This document shows, one piece after another, positions 13,505 to 26,281 of a DNA stretch of 64,000 nucleotides. Position 1 is the first letter of the stretch, and each line of letters opens with the position of its first letter. Source of the DNA: Takakia lepidozioides. Its lineage: Eukaryota > Plantae > Bryophyta. Below the pieces are notes generated by a model that saw only the letters and a program-made list of their open reading frames with translations, made no database searches and had not been told where the DNA came from. Position numbers and translations under genes: made by a program. The DNA lies in assembly GCA_030704615.1 (NCBI GenBank), contig CM060734.1:47120001-47184000 (forward strand). Direction: 5' to 3'.

Positions 13505-16500
13505 ATGGAGTGCAATGGTGGTGGGTCTGGGATGCTGGAGAGTTTGAATGCAAATTTTGCAGTCACACTGCCTCTCTTATTGATGGGGATTATGTTATTG
13601 TGTTGGAGTTGGCAGCGAGCATCCAGCAAAGATCTCCCACCTGGCACCTATGGGTTGCCGTTGTTCGGCGAGACTCTCTCCTTTTGCAATCAGATGCGCT
13701 CCCCTCTAGCCAACTTCGTTGACGAGCACAAGAAAAGGTGAGCTCAAGTTGTCTAAACCCTCTTGTCTGTCTGAGAGACTTTTCATCAATTATTCGACTA
13801 GAGTTTGGCATCCTGATTTACGTACAATTTCATCATGACCAGCTGATAATGTGAGAATTGTGGTCTACCACAGATTTGGAAAGCTATTCAAGACAAACCT
13901 GTTTTTTGAGCGTACGATCATTTCCGTGGAGACAGACACCGTGCGAATGATTGTCCAAAGAGAGGGAAAACTGTTTGAAGCAAACTATCCTACTAGCTTC
14001 AAAATGCTTCTCGGTCCTTACAATGGCCTGAATCTCAAAGGCGCAAAGTGGAAGCAAATGCGGCGCTTCATTGTGAGCAACGTGCTGAAGCCTGAGCTCC
14101 TGAGGGACCGTGTGAGCACCATTGAGGATCTTGTAATCTCGTGTTTGAGTACATGGGAAGGCCGCACTGTGTATGTCGAAGATGAGACAAAGACCGTAAG
14201 TGTACAATTGAGCTTCCTCGTAGCCTCCTCATAGACAGAAATGTGGTTCGATGATCAGAATAATGCAGGCCTGCGTGTTGAAGTGTCCAGCTGAAAATGT
14301 CTGGAAACTCTATTCCTGGTGAATAGACTAGTACTTGCATAGACTATATGCTCTCTTCCCGATCATGTAACTCCAGAGTCTAATTGGTTTTGGTGTGTCA
14401 CACCCCACATCACCTAGGAGTGTCCATGTGAGGTCAAAATTTCCTAGAATCCAGCTTTTCAGCCGTCTGGAACCATGGTTGAGAGAGAGAAAACCTGAGA
14501 ATCTCTATCTGTAAGGTTGCTCTGAAATTTTATCGAAGGTAAACTTTTATGTACAGTCGTTATTCTCGTACATCAACCAGTTGATGTAAACCTGAACTGC
14601 TTTGGCTGTACAGCTTACATTCAATGCAACAGCATTGATTGTGCTCAACGTGCCCCCTGGCGATTTGAGTGACAAGATTAAGAATGATTATTACCCACTC
14701 ATCGAGGGCATGTTTACGCTCCCCATCAACCTCCCTTGGACTACCTACGGCAAAGCTATCCAGGTTTGTGCACTTATGAGATCAGTCTTTCTTTTCATTT
14801 TGTTATGAACTTCAATATACACATCAGGCCTCATCATATAAGGTATGAGTGTATATGCCAGTAAAGTGCGTGCTATTAATACATATAGGTGAGACTCTCT
14901 AGAGATCTATTCAAATGCTACGGATTCGCGTAGATGTTTCCATCTGCTGCACTGTAGTAATATCTCTAAGCAGATGTCCGTTCGGTGTTGTGTGATCATG
15001 TGAAGCCAGGTATAGTGCGTATCAACCCGCCTCCTTGTATATCATAAGCTGATCCTGACCTACCCAAATGCTGTATGCCATGAGTTCAATGTAAACTGCA
15101 CGAGAAGCCCCAGCTCCCACAAGTGATCCATTTCTTCAGCTTAGCTCTAGACTCTTTAAGATTGCTGCGTCATTTTACAGGCGCGCAAGAGGGTCGTGAA
15201 GACTCTGGACGACTACTTGGCATCGAGGCCAACGAAAGACGACCATTACGACCAATTCATACAGTTTCTGAGGGATACGTACCCCGAGGACTCAGAACAG
15301 TACATACGTGACCAAGGCCGGGACCTTCTTACAGGCCTCCTTTTTGCAGGCCACGATACTACGGCGGCCGCCATGGTGTTTGCAGTCAAGTATGTGGGGG
15401 AGAATCCGAAGGTTCTGGCGGCATTACGGGTAATGCAGCCTGCTAGGCTTTTAATTGAGAGTTCTGGACGGATTCTTACAAAAGGTGGAAGCAATAACCG
15501 ATCATGAACATGTTACCAAGTCCTCTGGATTTCCTCTGTAGAGATGTACCTAGAACCACTCAATCAAGATGATCTAGCCAATTTACACTCAAGGGCCGCT
15601 TCAACAAACCCCTGATGTTTCCATGCTGATCGACTGTTCCAGGAAGAGCAGGAGAATGTTCGCAAGGAGAAGCAGCCTGGTGAGAGGTTGACGTGGGAGG
15701 ATTGCAAAGGCATGAGCTTCACACAAGAAGTATATCTTTCCTTGTAGAAACTTCAGCTGCTTTTCCTGTATTCTGCCGCACTACATCTGCTACATTTGCT
15801 TTCAATTTCAGATTGTGACATTTGTAGCTTCAACATTTATGAAAGTTCCCATCTTCATTCATGGTGAGAAGCTCAAGAATAGATCAATCAAACAAGATGG
15901 TTTGCGACGAACCTGACCTTTTTTCTATCCGTGATGTATTATGGGGCCAGGTTATCACTGAGACCTTGCGCATGTGCAACGTGGTAATGTCAGTGTTTCG
16001 AAAATCGGTTGAGGATGTCCGTGTGGGTGGTGTGTCTCTCTCTTCAACCTCCTCGTTGATACTTAACTTTGGAGCAAAGTATTAGCTATCATAAACGATT
16101 ATGTTGCTGAGCCAGATCTTACCGTCTGCACTCACAAGGCCAGACAGTATATAGTCCTGATCATGTGAACATTATAAATTTGCTGAATTGGGTGCGTGCG
16201 TGGCTGCAGAGTACTTGATACCAAAAGGTTGGGCGGTGGTGCCTTTCTTCCGGTCCGTGCATTACGATCCCTCAGTCTATCGAGATCCTTACAAGTTCGA
16301 CCCGTGGCGCCATCAGGTTCCCATCAAACGTCTCTCATGACCCATACTTGCAGAGGATATGGTCGAAGCAGCCCCTATTTCCTTTGCAGTGTTCCGTCAA
16401 ATGATCCAGACCCACTAACTGTGGAGAAATGCCGTAGACGACATTGGCCACAACCCCTCCACTGGAGCGCTTCCTTAGAGAATTGTTTGCCGATTGTTTG

Positions 16501-17275
16501 GGGATAGGGGAGGATATGAGCTCCTTCAAATGAGACCTGATCGTATGGTAGAGGCCTTTCCCTTCCTCTTCAACCTTATGAAATTGAAAGTCTGAAATGA
16601 CTCCTTCCGCCGGAGAGAGGATCGTTGTCAATCCGAAAAAAGCAACAGAGAAGAGCCTGGGGAACTACCATGGCATTACACTTCTTAGTGCAGTTGGCAA
16701 GCTGTTTGGAGGACACCACAGGCTCCACCTCACCTCATGACTTGTGTACATTCTCTCTCTCACCCACGACGAATACTCACTCTCTTATCCAGATTTAGGC
16801 ATTGATGAAAACTGTTTCAAACTCACACGAATCTAGAGTTTCCTTCAGCAGAAAGTCTTACGCAGAAGTAGAGTTGTCATCAGCCCCTAATGACGGCTCT
16901 GTGTATACGTCAGGAAGCAAATGGGTCGAAGTTACCCTTCTTTGGGTTTGGAGGTGGAGGAAGACTGTGCCCTGGTGCGGAGCTGGCGCGCACTGAACTC
17001 TGCATCTTCCTTCACCACCTTGTAACCAAATTTGAGTAAGTCTTCTGTTCTCATGCTGGTATTGACGCCGGCTTCGGCCCGAGTCTGTACTCTCTTCTCA
17101 TGCTCAACTTGTCTGGAGAGTAATAAGCTTCTTTCTCTCTTTCTCAAATAAGATTAATGGATTGTGCAGCTGGAAGCTGCAAGGAACAGATGTTCAGTCA
17201 CATTTCCCCTTCCCAAGACTTAGCCAACGACTTCCCATCCGAGTCAAGCCACTACAGTCAAGTTCCTCAAACTAA
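13505..17275 (+). CDS. Cytochrome P450, CYP85 clan (CYP90/CYP720/CYP724-like), ~9 exons
   Basis: N-terminal TM segment followed by [15 protein letters not shown]; [10 protein letters not shown]; I-helix [13 protein letters not shown]; K-helix ETLR; FDPWR; heme motif [10 protein letters not shown]. Exons at approximately 13505-13737, 13873-14195, 14634-14763, 15181-15429, 15643-15729, 15951-16029, 16210-16316, 16914-17035, 17170-17275 (ends ...[11 protein letters not shown]). Confidence 0.9.
16510..16705 (+). mobile_element. Old LINE RT relic inside a P450 intron
   Basis: Diverged match to about 29115-29305 (GGGGAACTACCATGGCATTACACTTCTTAGTGCAGTTGGCAAG versus GGGGAACTACCGTGGCATCACGCTCCTCAATGCTGTTGGCAAG). 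Confidence 0.7.
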
Positions 17276-18127
17276 ACTTCTATCTCTGTGAAGAGCAACG
17301 TGGGTCAATGCATGACAGCAACATTCCACTTCAAGAGAAGTAGTTTACTTACCAATAGATCGATGAAGATTGATGAGATGATCTGGCTGTGTCAGTTAGC
17401 ACGTTAGCACCACTTTTGGTAGTTCTACGGCCAAGGTCATGTGTGTTTAGTTGCCACAAAATTTTGTTAGGGCACACTGGCAGTGTTATCATCATTTGAG
17501 AGAGAAACTGAGCTATAACATGGAATTCTGCATGACATCACTTTCTTTGTAAATATGCTAGTTCTCTTCTGTGCACATGAACATAACATAGCTAATTGCA
17601 AAGCAGACTCAAGTCTGACATCCAGTTGTTCATGTTGATAAGGAAATGAGGCAGCCATAGAAGTTCTTGGTTAAAAGAGGTCAAAACTTTCACAACATTG
17701 TATGAATTCCAAAAAATGAGCCAATGCCAAGAAATAGATTGGCGAAAGATGGTGATATTTCACTGACGCAAGCTAGTTTTGTCTCAATGCCAAAATTATT
17801 GATCTAAATGCCACCTCCATCTGCTTCAACAAAATACTGTCCATGGGACTGTCCAACCTCAGGATCTGCTGAGTAAAAAATTGAGAACAAAGCATGGGCT
17901 TATGAGATGGGGCAAAACTATGCATGTGAATGGGGCACACCTATTCATCTACCACTAATAAGCATGGAGAAGAGGCCTGTAACCCGGGAACTCATTGCAG
18001 TGTTTACATCTACAAATAATCAGATGAAAATGTTCCCCACTCACTTCTCTTACATATAGCTGAGTTGGAAAAAAGCTGCCTACTTGAGGCACCAAGTGAG
18101 CAAGAGTGATTTTGAGTCCTGAAAGTA

Positions 18128-21100
18128 TTATGCCCGGCTCATGTAACTTCCTGTCCGTGTGTCCACCTGGATTGCATCTCCAATGTTGACAAACAATGGA
18201 ACATTCACCACCGCCCCCGTCTCCACTGTTGCTGGCTTTGTCCCTCCTGGTTAATGTAAGCTTACCATTAGTAGTGAAACCACCTCCCCCACTTGTCTCT
18301 CTCTCTCTCTCTCTCTCAGTGTGGAGAGATGGCCTATGGTTCCGCCTCTGGTCTTGTGGGATCAAGGGAAAGATGTGGAGAGTTGTCCACAACTTGTATG
18401 CTCACACCAAAAGCTGTGTCACTGTTAACGGACAGAAGTCCAACTTCTTTGACATAGACCAAGGTGTAGCTCAAGGATGTACTCTCTCCCCTCTGCTCTT
18501 CAATGTTTTTATCAATCAACTCCTCGAGGATGTGGAAAGTGAGGGATTTGGGTTAAGGGTGGGTGATACCACCATACCAGCCCTTATGTTTGCGGATGAC
18601 TTCGCAGGCATAGGGGAGACTCCAACCAATCTCCAGGAGTTGATACTTTGATCTTTGGGGGCTAGAGGCAAATGTCAGCAAATGTGCAGTGGTAGCATTC
18701 AACGACAGAGGAGAGGGAGGAAGTGATCTTAAGTGGCAGTGGGGTAGCCAAGAGATCCCGGTCCTCCCTTCCTACACTTACCTGGGCGTTGAGTTTTCCT
18801 CCAATTGTAATTGGGATGCACATATCCGGAAAGTTGTTCAAACTGGCAAGGGCTAAGCTCTGGGGCTCACTAAATTTTTCCACTGCAGAGGGGTCAACTC
18901 TGAGGTTAAGAAAACCATGCTTTGTCGCGTTATTAGACCTTCCTTGGAGTACGGATCTGCTATATGGGTTGATAACTCCAACCAGGCTAAGTCTCTAGAA
19001 TCCATTCAAGTGGGGGTGCTTAAGGAGTGTATGTCAGCATGCTCCAAAACAGCCAATGTGGCTGTTCGGGGTGAGTTTGGCATTCCGTCCTTAAGCTCCC
19101 AACGAGATGAATTCAAGGTCAGATGGTGGGGTCAGCTGCAACATATGCCCAACACCAGATATCCTAAGTCTCTATATCTTGGAAACAGGACCGCCCTGTC
19201 AAACAGGCTAAGTCCTGGCAGAAGAGAGTAGAAGAGATTCTCAAGGACCTGGACCTGGAACCGCAAGTCTTGACCCTGCTGGATAAATCTGACTTAGAGG
19301 CTGTAGTGTCCGAAGCCATGTCTGTTGCCGTGAGATTGTCTGATGAAAATGAAGTTAGGCAGAAAACTTCCCTGAACTTGTTTCCAGTCAGAGGACATCT
19401 TGGATGACCTCAAGGGTCTACCCACTCTCGGCACTAGACTGAAATTTAAACTCAGGGCAGGAAGCCTACCTTTGAACAGCAAACAGAAGCAGAGAGGAAA
19501 GGGAGAGTGCAATTGCCCGTTGTGTGGGCAATCTGAAGACAGTATTCATTTTCTGATACACTGTCCGGGGTTCTCTCACCAAAGAGACGCTCTCTTCAAT
19601 TCTATCAAGGGAATTGTGCCTGTACCCCTGTTTACCAACTTTGAAAGTCTCGAGGCTGAGCCAAAAGCCCAGGCCCTCCTGAGGCCTAGTTTTTGGGCAA
19701 ATCACACACAGCAGATTGATGCTTGTGTGAAGGGATTTCTAGAGGATATCTGGAAAACCCGGATTAATTCTTTATATGAAGGTAAGTCTTACTACCAACG
19801 TCAGCCCCTGACAGAGGTAGGTTCTGTCCCTTTTGTTCCCGCTCAAACTGGGCGCGGGGTCAATGGCCACAAGGCTACGGCAAACAACGTCTGATGAGTA
19901 CAATCTCTCTGCAATTTGCTCCATCCAACTGCCAGGTCTACATCCACAAGGCTGAGGCAAGCACATGTGTCAAAAATGAGCACCTCTCTCTGGCTGCCAC
20001 TTCCGCCCAAACTGAGCGGAGGCTATGGGCATCAAGGACACAGCAAAGGACACTTACACAGCTCTTACCAGCCATTGGTGTTGCAACTGCACTACAATAT
20101 TGTAGCAGGTCCCAAACAGTAAAGTGAAAATTTCAGAGACTCGCTGGCAAAATCAACCAGGTTGCAAGTGGAAGGTACCTTGAGCAGTGTCACCCTTCAA
20201 GCCTGGGTCAGTGTCAGTCACCTTTACAACTACAGTAATGGGAAGGTCCACGTCAATAACCTGCATCCCAAGTAATGAAATCAGAATCCAGGTTGAAGTT
20301 ACTGAAGTTGTCAGGAAGGCTGTTCCTGATTGAAATAAAAGAGTAGAGTAGGGATGCATGCCAACAGTAGAAGCTTGATGCTGCAAAAGGGCTGTCTACC
20401 AGCGACATCCCTCCTTTCTTTCTCTCTCTCCTCTGTACTAGTGAGGTGTTTGATTGTACGCCATGCGCCCTCTCAATGTAGTCTTTCCACCCCTACCTCG
20501 CAACCCTTCAATTGAAGGTATTCTACATTCTATCTCACAATCAAATGCTACATGAGAGAAAGTCAATGGGCATGTCTCGCTGGGCCCTTCAACACCCTCT
20601 TCTAATGTTTGCTTGATCAGGGGTAGGGGGATATACCCTTCCTTTCCAGGTAAGCACGCTGCACTCCATGCCCTCCTTAATCCACTTGCTTCTGTCTCCC
20701 AAGTCCTTCAGGTTTAACCGAGTCTCCTCATATGTCACCTACACGAACTCTTGCATACTATTATGTTGTGAGCATCCTTCCCACATTGACTCAAGTAAAT
20801 TGCTGTACTATTTTGATTGCTTCCTGTGAGTGTTGGTACCCAGAGCCAGCTATGAGGTTGCAGATGTATGAGACTCGCACTGAAATTTTCATACCACTCG
20901 CACACAGCCAATGACAATCTAGTAAGAGGGAATCAAGTGTTGATGTATCAGCTGGAAATCATAAATTCTGCTATAGCCCACTACCGGGAAAGTGATGTAG
21001 CAAATGTGGCAGTGATTGCACACCTCATCACCGGCTCAAGGAGAGAGAAAGAAGGCAGGGGTTATAACGTCCACGGGGCCCTGTGCCAAAGTGAACAATA

Positions 21101-23828
21101 AGACACGGACTTCAAAGCTGGGAGATGCAGACAGAGAAAGAGAGTCAGAGAGGCACACCATATCCATGAAAACATATTGATCGCCATCCACATATGTGTG
21201 CTGCTTGACATCCTTCACTACTGTTGCCTCATCCAGCTGCCCTCCATCACTCCAAGCCATACCATACCTTCACCATCAGTTGTATGCTAAAAACTACCAC
21301 TCTAAGGTCAAGTTTCTATACTGATAGCTCCTCTGGTGTAGGTAAGTTGGATGATGACTGAGGTCTGACCTGATCTCATCTACTGTTCAAGTATAGGAAC
21401 TCTCTTCACAATTACTAGTTTCGTACCACCTCCTCCTACATCCACAATTGAGTACTGAGTTCCATGAGGGTGAGCCATGAGCCTTCTGAGTACATCTTGG
21501 TTGTCCCCAACAAGTATACTGACCAGTGGACAAAAATCTTGCTACTACTACTGCTGATACAAACACCAAACTGCTTACATTTTATTATGTATTAAAATGA
21601 GCTAACAGATATTTTGACTCTGGAAAGTAAGATATTGAAAATTTTTCAACCCAGAAAGTACCGATTCTCCAGCTCGGAATGTGCGTTCAACAGTATTTCC
21701 AGTGATATAGTTCCGCAGCTTGGTTCGCACAAATGCGGCTCCCTTTCCCGGCTTCACATGCAGGAACTCTTCACCAACAAGCCCACCATAGTCCTATTAT
21801 GTGTTGACCAACGTAGACTGGTACCAAAAACATGTCCCAGTGAGAGGCGAATAGACTGACAAAGTTACAACCAGCTTGGATATAGTAGGTGACTCGATGC
21901 AGTGACTAAGTGAGAAAGCTCATTGCATATTTTGCACAGGCATGGATGGATGAAGAGTTACTCCCAGCACTTGCTAAAGTGGGAGTCAAGGTTTTGATAG
22001 CTCTGGAAGCCAACAACTGAAAAGCAGGTGCTATGCAGCCACAAACTTCATTCGCAACAATGAAGTGGTGGCAATCAATTCTGCCACTGTCCAGTAAGCA
22101 CACATTCTTGGATCTGTTGTAGCTGACATGCAATCATATTTAAAGAGCAAATATGAGCAACTATTCTGTTGAATACCTAGGGACTAGTTGAGTGCTCCAA
22201 ACTTTGTGATTGGATGTACATGTTAAGTTTTCCACACCTAAAATAAGAATTTATTGTTGTTTGTTCCTCAACATGTTAGCATGTGAAGAGCGAGTCCATG
22301 ACAGTCCTTGACAACTGCTGTCCTATTGAGATGGTGTCTATTAGTGCAGAGCGGTCAAACATCAAGCAAGTTCTACAGTCACTGGCTTACATGGACTAAA
22401 TAGTGTAATCAAAGGACTGGGGGGATCTCATGTTGGTCAATACCCTTCACTTGGGTGCAGATGCAACTTTAGCGTTGAAGAACTCAACAGGGTACACTTG
22501 TCTCACAAATACAGTTTTGCCGACAGTTCCTTCCATCAAACTCAGCGAATAGGACACAGGATGGTACAGTATGTGCTTACATCGTACCTTGCACACGCCA
22601 AGGGGCACCATCCAGCTCAATGCTGGTGCCAGGCCTGAAGTCATTGCTACTTATGGCCCATACTTCTGCACCCATTCATTCAAAGCCCAGTCTTGACATG
22701 TTAATCCCCAAGGTCTAGGGAATTTGACAAGAAAGATTGTAATGGCAGTGCATCTTTTCAGCATGTACAGCCCTAGTCTCTAAATTTGTATTCTCTGCGG
22801 CTATATTCAGGTTCCGTTAGTTTATCTCCCCATTATCACACAGACTGCACCCATTCATCACACATATGTGAATCCAACAGTGAAGATATGCATACAGCAA
22901 TTATCCTTCCAATGTGGAGGGACTATACCGGGGTTAAGCTGGAGAGCACCGCTGAATCTTGCCTATCTATGCTTCCAGCTGGCTCACCCATACTAACCCA
23001 TGCCAAATCAACCAGCTTTCTGTTCAATTTTCAAGGTACACATAATTTGAAAATATGAACTCGCTGTCACCAGAGGAGAGTGCATACTAGCATTGTGGTT
23101 TCAGCAGGTTAAAATTCAACAAAATGACATTAGAAAGGAGGACCTTTCCAATGTGTACATGTATAGCTGGACATGTCATTTGCAGAGGCCGCAAGTGAAG
23201 TTGTCTTATCTTGAGTTACAAATTTGAGCGCAACTTTCACACTTGAACCTTTGCTGGATCATCCTTTTACTCTAAATAATCAAGTGCACACAACCATAGC
23301 ACCTTTTCAAACAATGTGTGCATCATACCAGACGTAATTTAATTAGTAAGGGAGGCTTCTTGAAGTGTAAATAAATGAAAGGTGCAACTCCTGCCAATTT
23401 TTGTAAAGGAGACAAGGTCCCCGTGCAAAGTAATTACTCAAGATCGACAACTTAATCCACCATAAGACTAATTCTGTTCCATCACACAGATGCTATACAC
23501 TGGTGGTCTGCGCGCCCACCCTCCCTGTTGGATGACAATCGGTGCGTCAGCTATGTCACAGCCACCCCCGTTCCGTTTTCTGGTCTCCAGATTCATTCTA
23601 GCTGCTCAAAATACCAATGTGACATCCTCAACAGTATAGAGAAACAGGGAGGGACTCGGACAGGAAAATACCCAGGGTGGAGCACCTTTGAGTCCGAAGT
23701 CGAGGCACAGCAGGAGGCAGGGCCAGTCTGAGTTGTCCATTCCTAGAAGAAGTGCTTGCTGAGGACGACAGGGTTGCAATGGAAGTGTAATGGACTGTCA
23801 CACCTGCTGCAACACCTGCCATCGCCAT
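18128..23828 (-). CDS. efp: Nuclear-encoded plastid translation elongation factor P with transit peptide
   Basis: Minus-strand exons: MAMAGVAAG.. transit peptide (from 23828); [21 protein letters not shown] (~22588-22665); [36 protein letters not shown] (~21662-21768); [26 protein letters not shown]; [15 protein letters not shown]; [21 protein letters not shown]; [38 protein letters not shown] (18246-18128). Confidence 0.93.
18317..19903 (+). mobile_element. Non-LTR retrotransposon copy B (5'-truncated RT and CCHC zinc finger) in the last EF-P intron
   Basis: Near-identical to 29507-31118, with the same 3' end ATGAGTACAA. Flanked by (TC)n on the left and TCTCTCT on the right. Confidence 0.92.
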
Positions 23829-24861
23829 TGCCTTTCCTCTCTTCCAGATTATTGCGTGTCTGTGTGAGAGAGAGAGACACACACACAGACACACAGAAAA
23901 GGATATGCTAAAACCCTGGACTGTGGTATAGACTAGGGGTTCTGATTTTTGTTTAACATTTATTTATATACTTGTTATGTATTTTATTTTCGTTAAAGCC
24001 ATGTGAGAATGTCGGAAGCATATTCGACGGAATATCCAACAGATGCACCCGTGTTTTATTTTGTTTTCATTTGCATTCATCTGCGATCGCATCCGTCAGC
24101 CATTGAACCATCAGCTCTAGGGCTGGCTGGAATGTAATTTCTTTCAAAAGCAAGGGTGTTAATTGTGAAAATGGCTCCAGGCCCCACTGTAATTCCAAGT
24201 AACCGAGCGTTGAGCAAGAAAACGACTAGGGGAAGGGAGCTGAGAATTTCTGACGTAGTTTCTGGTCACCCATTTGGTAACTATAGTTCCTTCAAGTATC
24301 TTGCATCATTGGAAGAGCAATTTATGAGCAATTGAATAGATTATCACAGCAACCGATGTGCATCAATCCTCATTACAATATTATGTATCCATACTTTCAA
24401 GTTTTACAGCTCTTGATACCAATTGTCTCTGGAACTAATTGTAGGAGTAAAGATAGCTATGGTTTCTTGACGGATAACCTCACAGAGACAGTCGGTGTCA
24501 CCTTTAAGAGTGTTTGATATGTGTTCCGCATGTTGTGGGTGCCTCTCTCTCCTTCATATATAATTCCACAGTTTCACCACCACTGCACTTTGTTGGTGAA
24601 AGTCATCTAGGGACGAGAATAGTCACCTTAGTCGTCCCTTCATCTAGGGACGAGAATAGACCAAATGATCCCTTCCTCTCCCATTCAACCAAACACATGC
24701 ATACCTCAGCTCCTCCTGTTTCAGGATTCAACATCTTGCTCTCTCTATTCTGTATCAACAAAATGCACTCACCCGTGGTAACTCGACTTGTCACCGTCTG
24801 TGGCACGTCCCAACTCATATCCCTTGGTCTCTTAGGAAGCATAGTTCGCCCTAATCTCCAG

Positions 24862-25072
24862 GAGGTGCTGACCATGCTTCAAGCTGTGGTTGAGTGCACA
24901 TTGAGAGGGCATGATTGGAAAGGGTCCATTGAAATGTAGAAATCATGGACTTCTGGGGTCATGCAGATAGGTGCTGACCATGCTTCAAGCTGTGGTTGAG
25001 TGCACATTGAGAGGGCACGAATGGAAAGGGACCACTGAAATGTAGAAATCATGGACTTCTGGGGTCATGCAG
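24862..25072. repeat. ~107-bp tandem duplication
   Basis: AGGTGCTGACCATGCTTCAAGCTGTGGTTGAG...GGACTTCTGGGGTCATGCAG occurs twice. Confidence 0.85.
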
Positions 25073-25283
25073 TTCCTATCCTGGGCAGCTTGACTGGAAA
25101 CGCGCTGGAGTGTCCATGTGGTAGCATATGTGTCTTCAAAGAACGGAAATGGTCTCTGCAAGCTTCATAGTCAGCAGAGCATCTTGAGCCCAGGTCCATT
25201 TACAGCACACACTGAAGACCCTGGCACAGAGATCGGAGAAGTAGAGGGAAAGATGACACTGAACAGCTCCCTGGACCTAATTT

Positions 25284-25545
25284 TTACTTAGAGTAGGTGC
25301 ATGCGATCTTCAGTAGATGTTTGTTAAGCTTTTTTGGTGCTGAGAAGAAAGGGCTGTGGTCAGAGTTTATGATACGAATCTTTCCGGGGTGATTGTTGGG
25401 ATCAGACAAGAATGCTTCAACCTGTGCTTCAGCAGGAAGAACTCTGAAGAATTCTGTCTTCCAATGTCTTTGATGTACACAGCTGGAACCGTTCCGTGCT
25501 TCTGAGCTGTATATGAAATAGCAGCTGGAAAGGGGTTTCATCCCG
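25284..25545 (-). pseudogene. C-terminal fragment of a methylesterase (MES/SABP2-like alpha/beta hydrolase)
   Basis: Frameshifted ..KHGTVPAVYIK/TLEDR../RVLPAEAQ..IINSDHSPFFSAPKKLNKHLLKIA*, containing the catalytic-His motif DHSPFFS. No N-terminal exons seen. Confidence 0.65.
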
Positions 25546-26281
25546 TATCACCTTTTTTCTTCTTCCACTTTTCCACATTGAGTCTGCAGAAGTTGTGAGG
25601 GAATCAATGTTAACATATTTGTAGCAAGACACATTTGCTGCACTGCTACTCCTCCAAGCACTTGCATCCTTAAAAATTGAAAGCACCCTTCATAAGGAAC
25701 CAATACCACATTTCCAGCAGAAAACGGTGACGTAACAATACAGACATCCACAAAGCTGCTCCTCACTTGGTACTGTCTACAGTACACCCCAGACCATATG
25801 CAGAGTAATGTGATAGATAGTAACACACCTGACCTGCCCCCACTCCGAAAATGTAAGGCACCCCCTTCTCCAAAGAACTGATTCAGACACATGGTGGCAC
25901 TGGTCAGTGAATACAACCATGGTATTTTCAACCACTGCCACACAGATCATGTTCTCTGTAAATGAGTGCCACACAGGTTGCCAGATAACACTTCGTGACA
26001 CCTATGCTTTCACATGAGGAAAAATGTCTGAGGTGGTAGTGAAGATTGAGTACTAGGGTGTCACATATTTTGTGAAATACAACCACCTCAGGAGGTATCA
26101 CTTCTGAATGAGATAGCTGTTGGCACTCCCATTTCAGATTGACTTGTGTGTTGTCACATCAATCTACGACTCTTAAGGTAATGGCTGCGAGGTTCAAAAT
26201 GGGGGTCTCAAAAATCTGACAAGGCCATTTGAGACGCCCACCATTTGGACAAAGCATAGGTTTCATCTCTCTCTGTCTCGA

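Noticed and set aside
9037-19903. LINE copies A (5' part) and B (3' part) as one element that captured the P450
   Set aside because: Each has its own TC target, B lies inside an EF-P intron, ~900 bp between them is absent, and the P450 retains its introns.
24480-24880. Weak SWIB-like peptide (VVKLWNYMKER) on the minus strand
   Set aside because: Too short and surrounded by stops to support a call.
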